Both the position numbers and the translations under genes were made by a program. A DNA stretch of 64,000 bases from sequence record NC_005066.1. One strand, written 5' to 3'. Positions 29,883-39,070 of this stretch are shown in pieces (position 1 is the stretch's first letter; every line of letters starts with the position of its first letter). Below the pieces are notes generated by a model. That model was not told the DNA's origin, did no database searches, and saw nothing but the letters and a program-made list of their open reading frames with translations. Source of the stretch: Escherichia phage RB49.

Positions 29883-30041
29883 TTACTTAATGATACTTAC
29901 TTTACCAGATCCGTGACAATGAGCACAACACCCATCACCACGCAATCCTGTTCCGTTACAGTGTTTACACTTCTTCAACGGTAAAGTCATTATAGCAAAT
30001 AAAGCAATAATGAACACCGAAACTAAATTCTCAATAATCAT
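29883..30041 (-). CDS. small membrane-anchored protein with two CxxCxGxG zinc-finger motifs (52 aa, below cutoff)
   Basis: hand-translated MIIENLVSVFIIALFAIMTLPLKKCKHCNGTGLRGDGCCAHCHGSGKVSIIK; GAGGG SD. Confidence 0.35.
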   Translation of the reverse strand: MIIENLVSVFIIALFAIMTLPLKKCKHCNGTGLRGDGCCAHCHGSGKVSIIK

Positions 30042-30300
30042 AAATCGCCCTCAGTTCTTTATAGCCTCCAATGTGCTCGTTGTCAATGAATATCTGGGGG
30101 TATACAAAACGGAGGCTCTTTGAGTTCAGCCTCCCCGCCAGTTCTTCAATCATATCACGGTCGGGAATAATGTCAACCCCGACCTGCTTGAATACTGGTT
30201 TAAGTGTATACGGAATACCCAGATCATCCAGTAGCTTCATTGCACTAATACAACCATAACAATGATAAGCCTCTTTCGGTATGCCGTATATCTCGATCAT
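30031..30300 (-). CDS. glutaredoxin-like redoxin (NrdH/NrdC-type)
   Basis: 89 aa; CYGC active site and C-terminal PQIFIDNEHIGGY glutaredoxin signature. Confidence 0.65.
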   Translation of the reverse strand: MIEIYGIPKEAYHCYGCISAMKLLDDLGIPYTLKPVFKQVGVDIIPDRDMIEELAGRLNSKSLRFVYPQIFIDNEHIGGYKELRAIYDY

Positions 30301-30773
30301 TTCTCAGCCTTTAATCTTTCTAGTTCTTCTTCCAGTTCCTTGATCCGTTGGTCACGTTCAAAGTCACGCTGTAGCTTAGTGGCGAATACTCGTTTAAACT
30401 GATTGTAATCATCGATTTTAAACACTTCTTCTTCGCCATAGCGACGCACAGAAACTTCGTAGTTATTGAAGAATTGTTGCATCATTGCTTCGGATGATAG
30501 TTCTGCTGATACCACTTTAAAATATTGATCTTCGGTAGGTGAAAACCAATTACAAGCATAAAGATAAACCTTTTCATTGTCTGGACACTGGTAAGCCTTA
30601 CCATCGATTTCAATCACAGAAACATATTCAGGTATACTAGATGAATCAATAGCTAAGACTTTAAACGCACGGTCCCCGATAAACTCGGAGATCACACGAT
30701 TCGCATCACTGGTTGCAAATGCTTTACGCGCTTGTTCGTTTTTCCACTGATAGGTCATACCAACAACAAACAT
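30297..30773 (-). CDS. repeat-domain paralog family protein (1 repeat + coiled-coil tail)
   Basis: motifs VGMTYQWKNE, IEIDGKAY, WFSPTEDQYF; ATG 30771-30773. Confidence 0.5.
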   Translation of the reverse strand: MFVVGMTYQWKNEQARKAFATSDANRVISEFIGDRAFKVLAIDSSSIPEYVSVIEIDGKAYQCPDNEKVYLYACNWFSPTEDQYFKVVSAELSSEAMMQQFFNNYEVSVRRYGEEEVFKIDDYNQFKRVFATKLQRDFERDQRIKELEEELERLKAEK

Positions 30774-30774
30774 A

Positions 30775-31599
30775 TTACCAACCTCGCTCTTTACCAATCA
30801 AAAATTCAACTTCACGACGTTTAATGTCTTCTTGAAGGTCTTTAATCTTCTGGCGATCTTGCATGATTTCATCCATCTTGTCAAGTGCCGCAATGAAATC
30901 ATCGAAACGTTCAAAGGTTTTACCTTCATTTGCTTCGCCAAATTTAACCATTGTCAGGCCGTAACGACTACTAAACAGACGTTTCAACTGTCCAACGATT
31001 TTAGAATCAGTGGTTATAACTTCCAATTCTTCTACTTCACGAAAGAATTTTCTATCAGAATCAATAAACCAGCTAGTTCCTTTATGGTCTCTATCTTCGG
31101 TTGCGCTCATTAGAGTATGGTCTTTACCATCAATTTCAATTACATCAATTTGCCCACATGGACGAACATTTTTAACAGTAAAAGGTCTATAATTTATTGC
31201 TCGTGCAATAACATAATTAAGATTAGATACGTTTTCAGCATAATGACAGAAGTCGGTCATAGCCTTATCATCTTTCCAAGTATAAGTTTTACCAACTTCC
31301 CATTTCTGGGGAACTTCTTCAACTTCACGAAAGAATTTTCTATCAAATGGACTAAAGAAATATGTTGCAGTCCAAATGTCTTTTCCTGTAGCAGTTTTCG
31401 CCGTATGATAAACACCGTCTAGCTCTATTGCATCAATCCAACCGTTACCCTCGATCTCGATGATGGTAAATGGCTTGTCACCAATAGCTGCACTGATATC
31501 GCTGTTAAGTGGAGAAAGAACACCTTCTCCGTTAGTAATAAACTCAGTTTTAGCGTTTTCATCTTTCCAAGTGTAAGTTTTACCAATTTCCCATTTCAT
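30775..31599 (-). CDS. repeat-domain paralog family protein (2 repeats)
   Basis: WEIGKTYTWKDE and WEVGKTYTWKDD; IELDGVYHT and IEIDGKDHT; DRKFFREVEE twice. Confidence 0.5.
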   Translation of the reverse strand: MKWEIGKTYTWKDENAKTEFITNGEGVLSPLNSDISAAIGDKPFTIIEIEGNGWIDAIELDGVYHTAKTATGKDIWTATYFFSPFDRKFFREVEEVPQKWEVGKTYTWKDDKAMTDFCHYAENVSNLNYVIARAINYRPFTVKNVRPCGQIDVIEIDGKDHTLMSATEDRDHKGTSWFIDSDRKFFREVEELEVITTDSKIVGQLKRLFSSRYGLTMVKFGEANEGKTFERFDDFIAALDKMDEIMQDRQKIKDLQEDIKRREVEFLIGKERGW

Positions 31600-31611
31600 A
31601 ATATATTCCCC

Positions 31612-32076
31612 TTAACCGATTTTATCAAGTTCGTTTAATGCTTTCTCAGCTTCCTGTATAGCTTGCACTCTTTCCGGCATTTTGTCAAGAAAATCTTTCA
31701 ACTCTTCAAAACTGGAGATATGACGCAAGGCGTTAGCACCGATAGCCGCATGTGATTTGCATTCAAAGCGGATTTTATAATTATCCATCGCCAATTTGAG
31801 AAGATCAATTAATTTAGATTCTTCTGGAATAATAATTTCTTCAAATCTGCTACGGTCATGATCCAGAAACCAACAAGATAGACCTACATCGGTTGAACTC
31901 ATATAAGTTCCATCATGAAGATAAACAGACCGCACGTATCCTTTTTTCGCATCAACCGACGCAACTTTAAACGGTAATCGCAGATATTTCAAATAATCAA
32001 CATCATACCATTTAAAAAATTGGTTTGCATCTTTTACATCTTTCCACGCATAGGTCTTACCAGCTTCCAATTTCAT
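31612..32076 (-). CDS. repeat-domain paralog family protein
   Basis: MKLEAGKTYAWKD, LHDGTYMS, WFLDHDRSRFEE. Confidence 0.5.
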   Translation of the reverse strand: MKLEAGKTYAWKDVKDANQFFKWYDVDYLKYLRLPFKVASVDAKKGYVRSVYLHDGTYMSSTDVGLSCWFLDHDRSRFEEIIIPEESKLIDLLKLAMDNYKIRFECKSHAAIGANALRHISSFEELKDFLDKMPERVQAIQEAEKALNELDKIG

Positions 32077-32080
32077 AATA

Positions 32081-32608
32081 TCATCTCTCATTTTTGATAC
32101 GTGATTCTAATTGGATCATACGGTCTCGCGTTTGTTTGTATTCTCGGATAGCACCGATCCGGCTAGGCATACCATCCAGTACGCTCTTAATACCTTCTAG
32201 GGTAGTAATTTTGGCAATGCTATTATGCAACCCCATCTTATCGATCAACTGAATGTCGTAGGCTTCCATAAGCAGACCCAGGCGTTCTAAAGTTAGGTCT
32301 TCTTCTTTTTCTTCTGAATCTGGAATCTTAGGTTCAATAGTAACTTCGGTAAAGAAACGACGCTCACCCGACCAAAACCACACACCGGAACAGCCAATAG
32401 GGGATTCTTTTAACGTCATAGAGTCGAAATTACTACCAATAATAGTAATTTCTCTAACATCACCATCATCGTCAAGGTCTTCTACCCTAAACGGGCGACC
32501 AGCCAACAAGTCAACAATACATCTGTTAATAGACGACGAAAATTTAGTCAGTTCGGCTTTCGACGCTTCGCATTCAATCTTGTAAGTTTTACCAACTTCC
32601 CATTCCAT
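32081..32608 (-). CDS. repeat-domain paralog family protein
   Basis: MEWEVGKTYK, WFWSGERRFFTEV; ATG 32606-32608 with GAGGTGA SD. Confidence 0.5.
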   Translation of the reverse strand: MEWEVGKTYKIECEASKAELTKFSSSINRCIVDLLAGRPFRVEDLDDDGDVREITIIGSNFDSMTLKESPIGCSGVWFWSGERRFFTEVTIEPKIPDSEEKEEDLTLERLGLLMEAYDIQLIDKMGLHNSIAKITTLEGIKSVLDGMPSRIGAIREYKQTRDRMIQLESRIKNER

Positions 32609-32618
32609 AATAATCACC

Positions 32619-33128
32619 TCAAATAATTTTCACTGGAATACTATTAACAATCTTGTATTGTACTTGATTGTCAGACCCCCGCCACGGCTTCTTCGTTGGC
32701 ATATCTTTAATATAACGCCCATCGATGAACATGTCAACTGATTCTACAATTTTTCTTTGCTCATCATTCAATTGGTCAAGGGTATAACCGGACCATAGCC
32801 AAATATCTTTATTTGGCATCCATGATTTTACTTCATCGATGATCCGCTGTACACCCTTTAAATTGCGTTTATACAGTGGATCGCCACCTAAGAATGTTAG
32901 CCCCTGAATAAAATCAGGTCTAAGCAGATCCAGAATCAATCCCATTGTATCATCGGTGAATGGTTCCCCGTTCTTAGGATTGAGTAGACTGGAATTAAAG
33001 CAACCATCACATGCGTGTGAACATCCGGTAACGTAAAGGGAGACTCTCACTCCCTCACCGTTAACCATATCACAATCTTTAATATCGGCATAGCGTAGTT
33101 TGCCGTATGTATCAGAACTCATATTCAA
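32619..33128 (-). CDS. nrdG: anaerobic ribonucleotide reductase activating protein (radical SAM)
   Basis: 169 aa; radical-SAM cysteine cluster CSHACDGC; collinear with T4 NrdG. Confidence 0.85.
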   Translation of the reverse strand: MNMSSDTYGKLRYADIKDCDMVNGEGVRVSLYVTGCSHACDGCFNSSLLNPKNGEPFTDDTMGLILDLLRPDFIQGLTFLGGDPLYKRNLKGVQRIIDEVKSWMPNKDIWLWSGYTLDQLNDEQRKIVESVDMFIDGRYIKDMPTKKPWRGSDNQVQYKIVNSIPVKII

Positions 33129-33264
33129 TTACCCCGAACTCGTTTACAATCTGCGCTTTATAGTAACCACCGCGAGATGCTAATATATAAGCTGGGCTTA
33201 GGTATTCGTATTCACGGATTTCTACTTGTGCGTTTTCAGTTTCCCAAATCAGTAAAGTCCACAT
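33112..33264 (-). CDS. small hypothetical protein (50 aa)
   Basis: ATG 33262-33264 (MWTLLIWETENAQ...) after promoter cassette. Confidence 0.3.
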   Translation of the reverse strand: MWTLLIWETENAQVEIREYEYLSPAYILASRGGYYKAQIVNEFGVIEYEF

Positions 33265-33339
33265 ATTTGATTCTCCTGTAAAGTTGTATCTCGTCTTGAT
33301 GAATATAGTATAGGGGATCTCGCGATCCCCGTCAAGCAT
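33265..33339 (-). promoter_or_regulatory. early-promoter/stem-loop cassette with palindromic spacer
   Basis: TTGACG-GGGATCGCGAGATCCCC-TATACT; the 17-nt spacer is a perfect palindrome. Confidence 0.5.
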
Positions 33340-33867
33340 TTATTTTAAATTTTTTCGAATGTATTCAGACCATTCCTTCCCTGTCAGTTCGGTCCCATTC
33401 TGGAAACTGAAATATTCATACGGCATCGAGTCAAGATAAAACAGGATCATACATCGCGCCATATAATACCAATCACGATTAAAGTAAACTACGTTATCGC
33501 CAGTACCATCAGCACCTTTATCATAACCATCGCGGGTACGGGCGACCCATTGAATGGTATCATTTTTCTCACGGATAGTAACAGGTTCCCAATATCCAGC
33601 ACATCCAGCATGACCACACGAACAAGTAAGGAAATATTGACCTTTTGCTTTGTTGTCATCCCATTCACGATGAATTGGTTTGATTTCGTGAAACAGTGCC
33701 AAACAATCATGATTATGCAACACTGGCTTACCATCAATCAATGCATGGAATGTATACAAACGACCCGTAGACAAATAGTTATCTTCTCGCTCTACAAGTT
33801 CAATAGCAATCTTTTTAGCTCGTTCTTTGTGTCGTTGTGCTTTACGCTTACGGTTTAATGATTTCAT
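33340..33867 (-). CDS. hypothetical Cys/His-rich protein
   Basis: 175 aa from ATG 33865-33867; CSCGHAGCAG cluster. Confidence 0.45.
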   Translation of the reverse strand: MKSLNRKRKAQRHKERAKKIAIELVEREDNYLSTGRLYTFHALIDGKPVLHNHDCLALFHEIKPIHREWDDNKAKGQYFLTCSCGHAGCAGYWEPVTIREKNDTIQWVARTRDGYDKGADGTGDNVVYFNRDWYYMARCMILFYLDSMPYEYFSFQNGTELTGKEWSEYIRKNLK

Positions 33868-33884
33868 ATTCACCTCACACATTA

Positions 33885-34424
33885 TCAAAGGTCGCGATAT
33901 AGTACATTATGAAAATGAGAACTTGCATTACCAATATTGTAGATAATAAATTCTTCATCCGGCGCTTGCGCTACAAATTGAGTATGAGCAACCGCCACAA
34001 CCTTAAAAATACGATCCGTGATCTTGTGTTTAATTTCTGCCCCTACTTCCATAGGAACATATTCATGTGTTTCTGTTTCAGTCGCAAAACAGCCATCTTC
34101 TTCATAAGCACGAACAAATCGATCGCAATCAGTACGCTTAACAAATTCAAGAGTATACAATTCTCGTGAATTGTCGGTATAAACCAACACAGAATTATTA
34201 TGATAGCGAATCACATACAGGTTATTATCATCGTCAATTACGCAAAAGCTACGGATTCCTTCGCCTTTACTCCAGCAGATATTAACCACCGTTCCTCTAA
34301 TAAAAAAACTTTCCTTTAAATTAAAACTAGTCAATGTGCTAGCGTGCATTTTAACAACAACACCATCGCCAATTTCCAGTTTACGAAGTTTAACTTCTTT
34401 GCTCAGTACACAAAACATCATCAT
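33885..34424 (-). CDS. hypothetical protein
   Basis: 179 aa ORF downstream of nrdD. Confidence 0.45.
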   Translation of the reverse strand: MMMFCVLSKEVKLRKLEIGDGVVVKMHASTLTSFNLKESFFIRGTVVNICWSKGEGIRSFCVIDDDNNLYVIRYHNNSVLVYTDNSRELYTLEFVKRTDCDRFVRAYEEDGCFATETETHEYVPMEVGAEIKHKITDRIFKVVAVAHTQFVAQAPDEEFIIYNIGNASSHFHNVLYRDL

Positions 34425-34490
34425 GTTGTCCTCTCGTTGTTTTCGATGTGAGCATTATACATTAGCTAATCATGTTGTCAACACCCCAAA
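34425..34490 (-). promoter_or_regulatory. early promoter (TTGACA-N16-TATAAT)
   Basis: minus strand promoter between nrdD terminator and next ORF. Confidence 0.5.
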
Positions 34491-34518
34491 ACGAAAAAGC
34501 CGACCCTTTCGGATCGGC
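34491..34518 (-). terminator. rho-independent terminator after nrdD
   Basis: hairpin GCCGATCC-GAAAGG-GTCGGC followed by U-run on minus strand. Confidence 0.6.
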
Positions 34519-34524
34519 TGAAAA

Positions 34525-36387
34525 TTACATGTGCTTAACGCGGTTTACCATCTCGGAGTGTTTCCCGTGGTTGAATGGACGCAGATCAACAGATCCAAGA
34601 TATCCACTAACGCGACGGATAACATTCATCTTTTCCAGATTGTCATTGCCGCAATCAGGACAAACAAAACCAGACTCGGTCGCTCTCATTTCCTTAGTAG
34701 ATCCGCATACATGACATACATCAGAAGGAGTATTAACACCGAAGTAGTGCAATTTATCCATTGCATAGTCTACTACAGTTTCAAGACCTTTCAGGTTGTT
34801 TTTCATGTCTGGGAACTCAACATAAGAGATCATGCCACCGGACGCCAGCCAGTGATAATCTTTCTCAAAGTCGATTTTCTCAAATGGAGTGACTTTCCGG
34901 TCTACGTCAAGGTGGAATGAGTTGGTGTACCAGTCTTTATCGGTAGCACCCTTAACAATACCAAATTGCTCTCGGTCCAGTCGATTAAATCGATAGCAAA
35001 GGCTCTCGGCTGGCGTACCGTAAAGACTAAACCCAAGTCCGGTTTCATCCTTCCATTTTTCAGTATAATGACGCAAGATCTTAAGAATATGTTTACCGTA
35101 TCGCTGCGCATCTTCCGAATCAAACGGATGAACACCAAACAGGACGCTCAATACCTCATGTAAACCAATATATCCAAGAGAGATACTAGCGCGACCATCT
35201 TTCAGAACTTCCAAAATTTCATCGTTTTGATGAATACGGAAAAATGCACCTTCTGTATACAGTACAGGAGCAACATTGGCTTTAGCCCCTTTTAAAGCGT
35301 CTACGCGACTCATGAGCGCATCAAAGCAAATAGGCATACGATTAGCTAGCTCTTGTTCGAATAGCTCAATTCTGCGCATTACAGACGCTTTACCAGCACG
35401 ACGCGCGGCAATAAGGGCAATACGCGGAAGATTTAGAGTCACAACACCTAAGTTATTACGTCCGTCTAATACTTCTTCGCCTTTCTCATTATGCCACACA
35501 CCCAGGAAGCTACGACAACCCATCGGGCTAACCGGAACACTAGATCCGGTGATACTACGGTTATTCTTCGCAGAGATATAATCAGGGTAAAGACGCTTAC
35601 TAGAACATTCCAATGCAAGTTGCTTAATGTCGTAGTTCGGATCTTCTGGTTTAAGGTTTAATCCTTCTTCTAAGAACATCACCAGCTTAGGAAACACCGG
35701 AGTTATACCATCTTTACCTAAACCTTTAGTTCGAACTTTCAGGATCGCTTTCTGAATCAGTTTTTCTTCCCAGCTAGTACCCATACCAAAGGTTAAAGTC
35801 ACAAAAGGCGTTTGACCGTTGGTGGAGAACAAAGTGTTGATCTCATATTCCAACGCCTGATATCCGTCTAACGTTTCTTTTTCTGTCTTCTCTTGTGCAT
35901 AGAGAGTATCAGCTTTGATTCCGTAGGTTTCGGCATCAGCAAGGTGTTTATGATATGTTTTCTTAACATACGGTGCTAACACCTGATCGATGTTTGCAAT
36001 TGTGGTCCCGCCATATTGATGACTTGCCACCTGTGCGATAATTTGAGCGGTTACAGCACATGCAACACCGATCGATTTAGGACTTTCGATTTGTGCGCTA
36101 CCCAATTTAAAACCATTCTCTAACATGTCTTTGAGATTAACAAGACAGCAGTTAGTAAACGGCATAGCGGGTGCATAATCCATATCATGATAATGAATAT
36201 CACCATCTACATGCGCTTTATAGATGTGCTCAGGTAACACGGTTTTAGCAATCTGTTTAGACACAGCGCCAGCAATCAGATCTCGACGTGTCGGGAATGT
36301 TCGCGCGTCTTTGTTCGCGTTCTCTTTACTTACTTCGTTTTCTTTACCCGTTGCGATCTCTGTAATGTCTTTGATTAGTTTTTCCAT
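34525..36387 (-). CDS. nrdD: anaerobic ribonucleoside-triphosphate reductase (glycyl radical enzyme)
   Basis: 620 aa; C-terminal zinc ribbon CHVCGS..CPDCG and glycyl radical motif RVSGYLG; uninterrupted ORF. Confidence 0.92.
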   Translation of the reverse strand: MEKLIKDITEIATGKENEVSKENANKDARTFPTRRDLIAGAVSKQIAKTVLPEHIYKAHVDGDIHYHDMDYAPAMPFTNCCLVNLKDMLENGFKLGSAQIESPKSIGVACAVTAQIIAQVASHQYGGTTIANIDQVLAPYVKKTYHKHLADAETYGIKADTLYAQEKTEKETLDGYQALEYEINTLFSTNGQTPFVTLTFGMGTSWEEKLIQKAILKVRTKGLGKDGITPVFPKLVMFLEEGLNLKPEDPNYDIKQLALECSSKRLYPDYISAKNNRSITGSSVPVSPMGCRSFLGVWHNEKGEEVLDGRNNLGVVTLNLPRIALIAARRAGKASVMRRIELFEQELANRMPICFDALMSRVDALKGAKANVAPVLYTEGAFFRIHQNDEILEVLKDGRASISLGYIGLHEVLSVLFGVHPFDSEDAQRYGKHILKILRHYTEKWKDETGLGFSLYGTPAESLCYRFNRLDREQFGIVKGATDKDWYTNSFHLDVDRKVTPFEKIDFEKDYHWLASGGMISYVEFPDMKNNLKGLETVVDYAMDKLHYFGVNTPSDVCHVCGSTKEMRATESGFVCPDCGNDNLEKMNVIRRVSGYLGSVDLRPFNHGKHSEMVNRVKHM

Positions 36388-36432
36388 TGTATCACCTATG
36401 AAAAAGCGGGATTTTCTCCCGCTCGTTGATAG

Positions 36433-36927
36433 TTATTTTACCAGTTCTGCTAATTCTTTTTCTTTAGCTTCTAGTTCAGCTTTAAGCTGTTTAATCTCTT
36501 GTCGCTTCTTATTAGCGGCTTCTTGCTTACTATTTCGGATAACCTGATCTAGATACAACTCCCAATCCTGAATATTTTTGATAATGTAACCGTCAACATT
36601 AATTGGTCGGAGATTCAGTACAGCTTCCAGTTTAGTTGCAAAAACTTTAATTGCTGGGGTGAAGTATTCATATTCGTTATCTTCAAACCAATAACCTAGA
36701 CTTGCATTATCAATACGAAGACGAAGTTCAAGATCAAGGTCTTTATCTTCGGTGTATAGGTCTTTTACACACCCCATAGAATTAACAACAACTTTAAAAC
36801 GAATTTTATCTACACCACCAAACACATCAGTAAGGATACCAGCAATTGAGCTATTAGCGCAAGATTGGTCGCTGAATGCGTCAAGGTTTTCTTTAGTTAC
36901 AGTATACCAAACATCTTGTACCCACAT
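36433..36927 (-). CDS. hypothetical protein with C-terminal coiled coil
   Basis: 164 aa; tail KQLKAELEAKEKELAELVK resembles tails of the paralog family. Confidence 0.45.
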   Translation of the reverse strand: MWVQDVWYTVTKENLDAFSDQSCANSSIAGILTDVFGGVDKIRFKVVVNSMGCVKDLYTEDKDLDLELRLRIDNASLGYWFEDNEYEYFTPAIKVFATKLEAVLNLRPINVDGYIIKNIQDWELYLDQVIRNSKQEAANKKRQEIKQLKAELEAKEKELAELVK

Positions 36928-36981
36928 AATATAATCCTCTCGTTGTTAAGTGGGAGTATTATAGCATACTCCCTTTGCATG
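36928..36981 (-). promoter_or_regulatory. early-promoter/stem-loop cassette
   Basis: TTGACA-N16-TATAAT with GGGAGTA/TACTCCC inverted repeat around the -10. Confidence 0.5.
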
Positions 36982-38160
36982 TCAAGCACTAACTTTTTTC
37001 TTTACTGCTTTCACCTTCTGGCGAATTGCTCGAATCTCTTCGATCTCTTTTTCAGTCTCTTTAACAATTTCTTTGCGATTCTGAATATCTGTATCGAGAT
37101 TATCATCAAGTTTAGGCAGCATGTCAATCAAGAACTTTTTAAAGTCTTTCAGGTTTCGGATAACAGCACCTTCACCCATTACCGCCACACCAACACCATC
37201 CGGCAGATCACCAAACAGTTTAACCAGTTCAGACAGATGATCATGGTCTTCTAATGCTTCCTCCGGTTCAGATGGCAGTTCAACAAAGTTATAACGTTCA
37301 TCATTGCTGATCAAGTGATACCAGCAAAGCCCGAAAGATTTCGGTGTATATTCTACACCATCAATTTCAACCGCGTCAACACTTCCATAATCATCTACTT
37401 TAGTTACCTTAAATCCTTGTCCCAGCTTTTGAACAATTTCAACAACATGACTTGATACAGTTTCAGCGGTAAACCAATATGGCAAATTATGCTGATTTGG
37501 CTTGTAGCGTTCACCTACTTTAAATCTCTGACCATCCGCTTGCATAGCATGAAATTGTTGTTTCGTGATTTCCGCGAAGTATTCAAATTCGCCACCATCA
37601 AACACACAAGCCCATTGATCACAAAAACGATCTGCCTTAACAGTTTCACCTTTCGCGGTGATCATGGTAGCCGATCCGTGCAATTCTTCTTCAACCAAAA
37701 AGCCATATTCGACAAAATCAACAAGTTTCATGGCTTCTTTGTGCTCTGGGTCATGCTCTCCCCAGAATCGCTTAAATTCTTGCAAACCTTCTGGTGTAAA
37801 CGAATAACATTTACCTTTTTCAAAGTAAGTCGGCATTACATCCTCTTTCTTGTTCATCGCTTCGTATGCCTCTTTTGAGATGCGTTTAAAGTATTTACGC
37901 TCATCGTGCATAATCATAGTAGCCCAATAATAAACGATATCCTCAGCGGAATAAACTACATCTCCAGCTTCAATAGTAATAACATGACCGTGGTCATCTT
38001 TTTCTAATACTTTAAAGCCCTTTTCGACGATTTCAGCAACCCGAATATGACCACGGCGCGAAGCATCGGTCAGAATAATTGAATAGCGAGAAAAGTCTAG
38101 AAACTCATCTTTACCACCTTCACGGAATGCATAGTAATGACCTTCAAAGAATTTAGCCAT
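36982..38160 (-). CDS. repeat-domain paralog family protein (3 repeats)
   Basis: 392 aa; three copies of the G-K/E-x-Y ... D-G ... D-E-R-[KY]-[YN]-F module. Confidence 0.5.
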   Translation of the reverse strand: MAKFFEGHYYAFREGGKDEFLDFSRYSIILTDASRRGHIRVAEIVEKGFKVLEKDDHGHVITIEAGDVVYSAEDIVYYWATMIMHDERKYFKRISKEAYEAMNKKEDVMPTYFEKGKCYSFTPEGLQEFKRFWGEHDPEHKEAMKLVDFVEYGFLVEEELHGSATMITAKGETVKADRFCDQWACVFDGGEFEYFAEITKQQFHAMQADGQRFKVGERYKPNQHNLPYWFTAETVSSHVVEIVQKLGQGFKVTKVDDYGSVDAVEIDGVEYTPKSFGLCWYHLISNDERYNFVELPSEPEEALEDHDHLSELVKLFGDLPDGVGVAVMGEGAVIRNLKDFKKFLIDMLPKLDDNLDTDIQNRKEIVKETEKEIEEIRAIRQKVKAVKKKVSA

Positions 38161-38216
38161 AATATAATCCTCTCGTTGTTTAAATGGGAGTATCTTACTA
38201 CTCCCGTTTCATCATG
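38161..38216 (-). promoter_or_regulatory. early-promoter/stem-loop cassette
   Basis: TTGACA-N17-TAAGAT with GGGAGTAG/ATACTCCC inverted repeat. Confidence 0.5.
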
Positions 38217-38783
38217 TCAAGCGTTAAATGACTTTTGGATCTCTTTCAGTTCAGCTACTTTATCGGCGCTGAATTTAGCGTAGGTATCATGTCGAATAAT
38301 TTCACTTTCAAGAAAGGTTTCCAGCCGAGATCTATTTTCAATAAGGAACTCTTTCAGGTCTTCCGCGTTCTTGATAAAGATTTTATTGTCAGTAATGTCA
38401 TCTTCAATCGCAAAGGAGATAGAGCGAACTTTACCAAACAAGTTAATCAGATCTTCCAGAGATTCTTCTTTCTTAACTGGTTTCATTTCTTCAAACTGCT
38501 TTTTAGTGATGCGTTTAAAGTATTTGCGCTCGCTTACATCAATCATGATTGACGCACCCTCATAATCATGAGTTTCGACCAAATACACTTTACCCATAAC
38601 ATTAACAGTTAGAACTTTAAAGCCCTTGTGAAGCACACCATACAGGAACTTGTTATGTTGTGGATAGCGTTTAACAAATTCCTCTGCGGACTCAGCATTA
38701 CGGAAAGTGTAATAACGACCTCGTTCAAAAACAGCATCAGTTGAAGACTTAGCCGGATACAATTTATACGTTTTCTGTACCAT
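38217..38783 (-). CDS. repeat-domain paralog family protein
   Basis: 188 aa from ATG 38781-38783; YFERGRYYTFRNAESAEEF and SERKYFKRI. Confidence 0.5.
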   Translation of the reverse strand: MVQKTYKLYPAKSSTDAVFERGRYYTFRNAESAEEFVKRYPQHNKFLYGVLHKGFKVLTVNVMGKVYLVETHDYEGASIMIDVSERKYFKRITKKQFEEMKPVKKEESLEDLINLFGKVRSISFAIEDDITDNKIFIKNAEDLKEFLIENRSRLETFLESEIIRHDTYAKFSADKVAELKEIQKSFNA

Positions 38784-38797
38784 AATATAATCCTCTA

Positions 38798-39070
38798 TCA
38801 TTTCACTAATTGAACAGCACGAAACAGAATGCGGTCACACGGAAGAAGCATAAATTCCCAACGCGGATCAAAGTCTTTAGCGGTATATGTTTTCCCATCA
38901 ACCGAGATTTCACTTACATAACCAATAGGTGACAATTTAAGAACAGTAAACCCATTCTTGATGACTTCGTAGGTATCTTTCAAACCTTCGTAGTCATCCT
39001 CTAAGAAGTCTTTACGTGCTTGCTCAGATTTAAAAACATAGGCCACACCGGATTTAAACATCTTACGCAT
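38798..39070 (-). CDS. repeat-domain paralog family protein (single repeat)
   Basis: 90 aa; FKSGVAYVFKSEQARKDF, ISVDGKTYTAKDF. Confidence 0.5.
   Translation of the reverse strand: MRKMFKSGVAYVFKSEQARKDFLEDDYEGLKDTYEVIKNGFTVLKLSPIGYVSEISVDGKTYTAKDFDPRWEFMLLPCDRILFRAVQLVK

Noticed and set aside
34525-36387. Group I intron in nrdD, as found in T4
   Set aside because: The 620-aa ORF is uninterrupted and collinear through the glycyl-radical C-terminus; no insert with intron-like structure is present.
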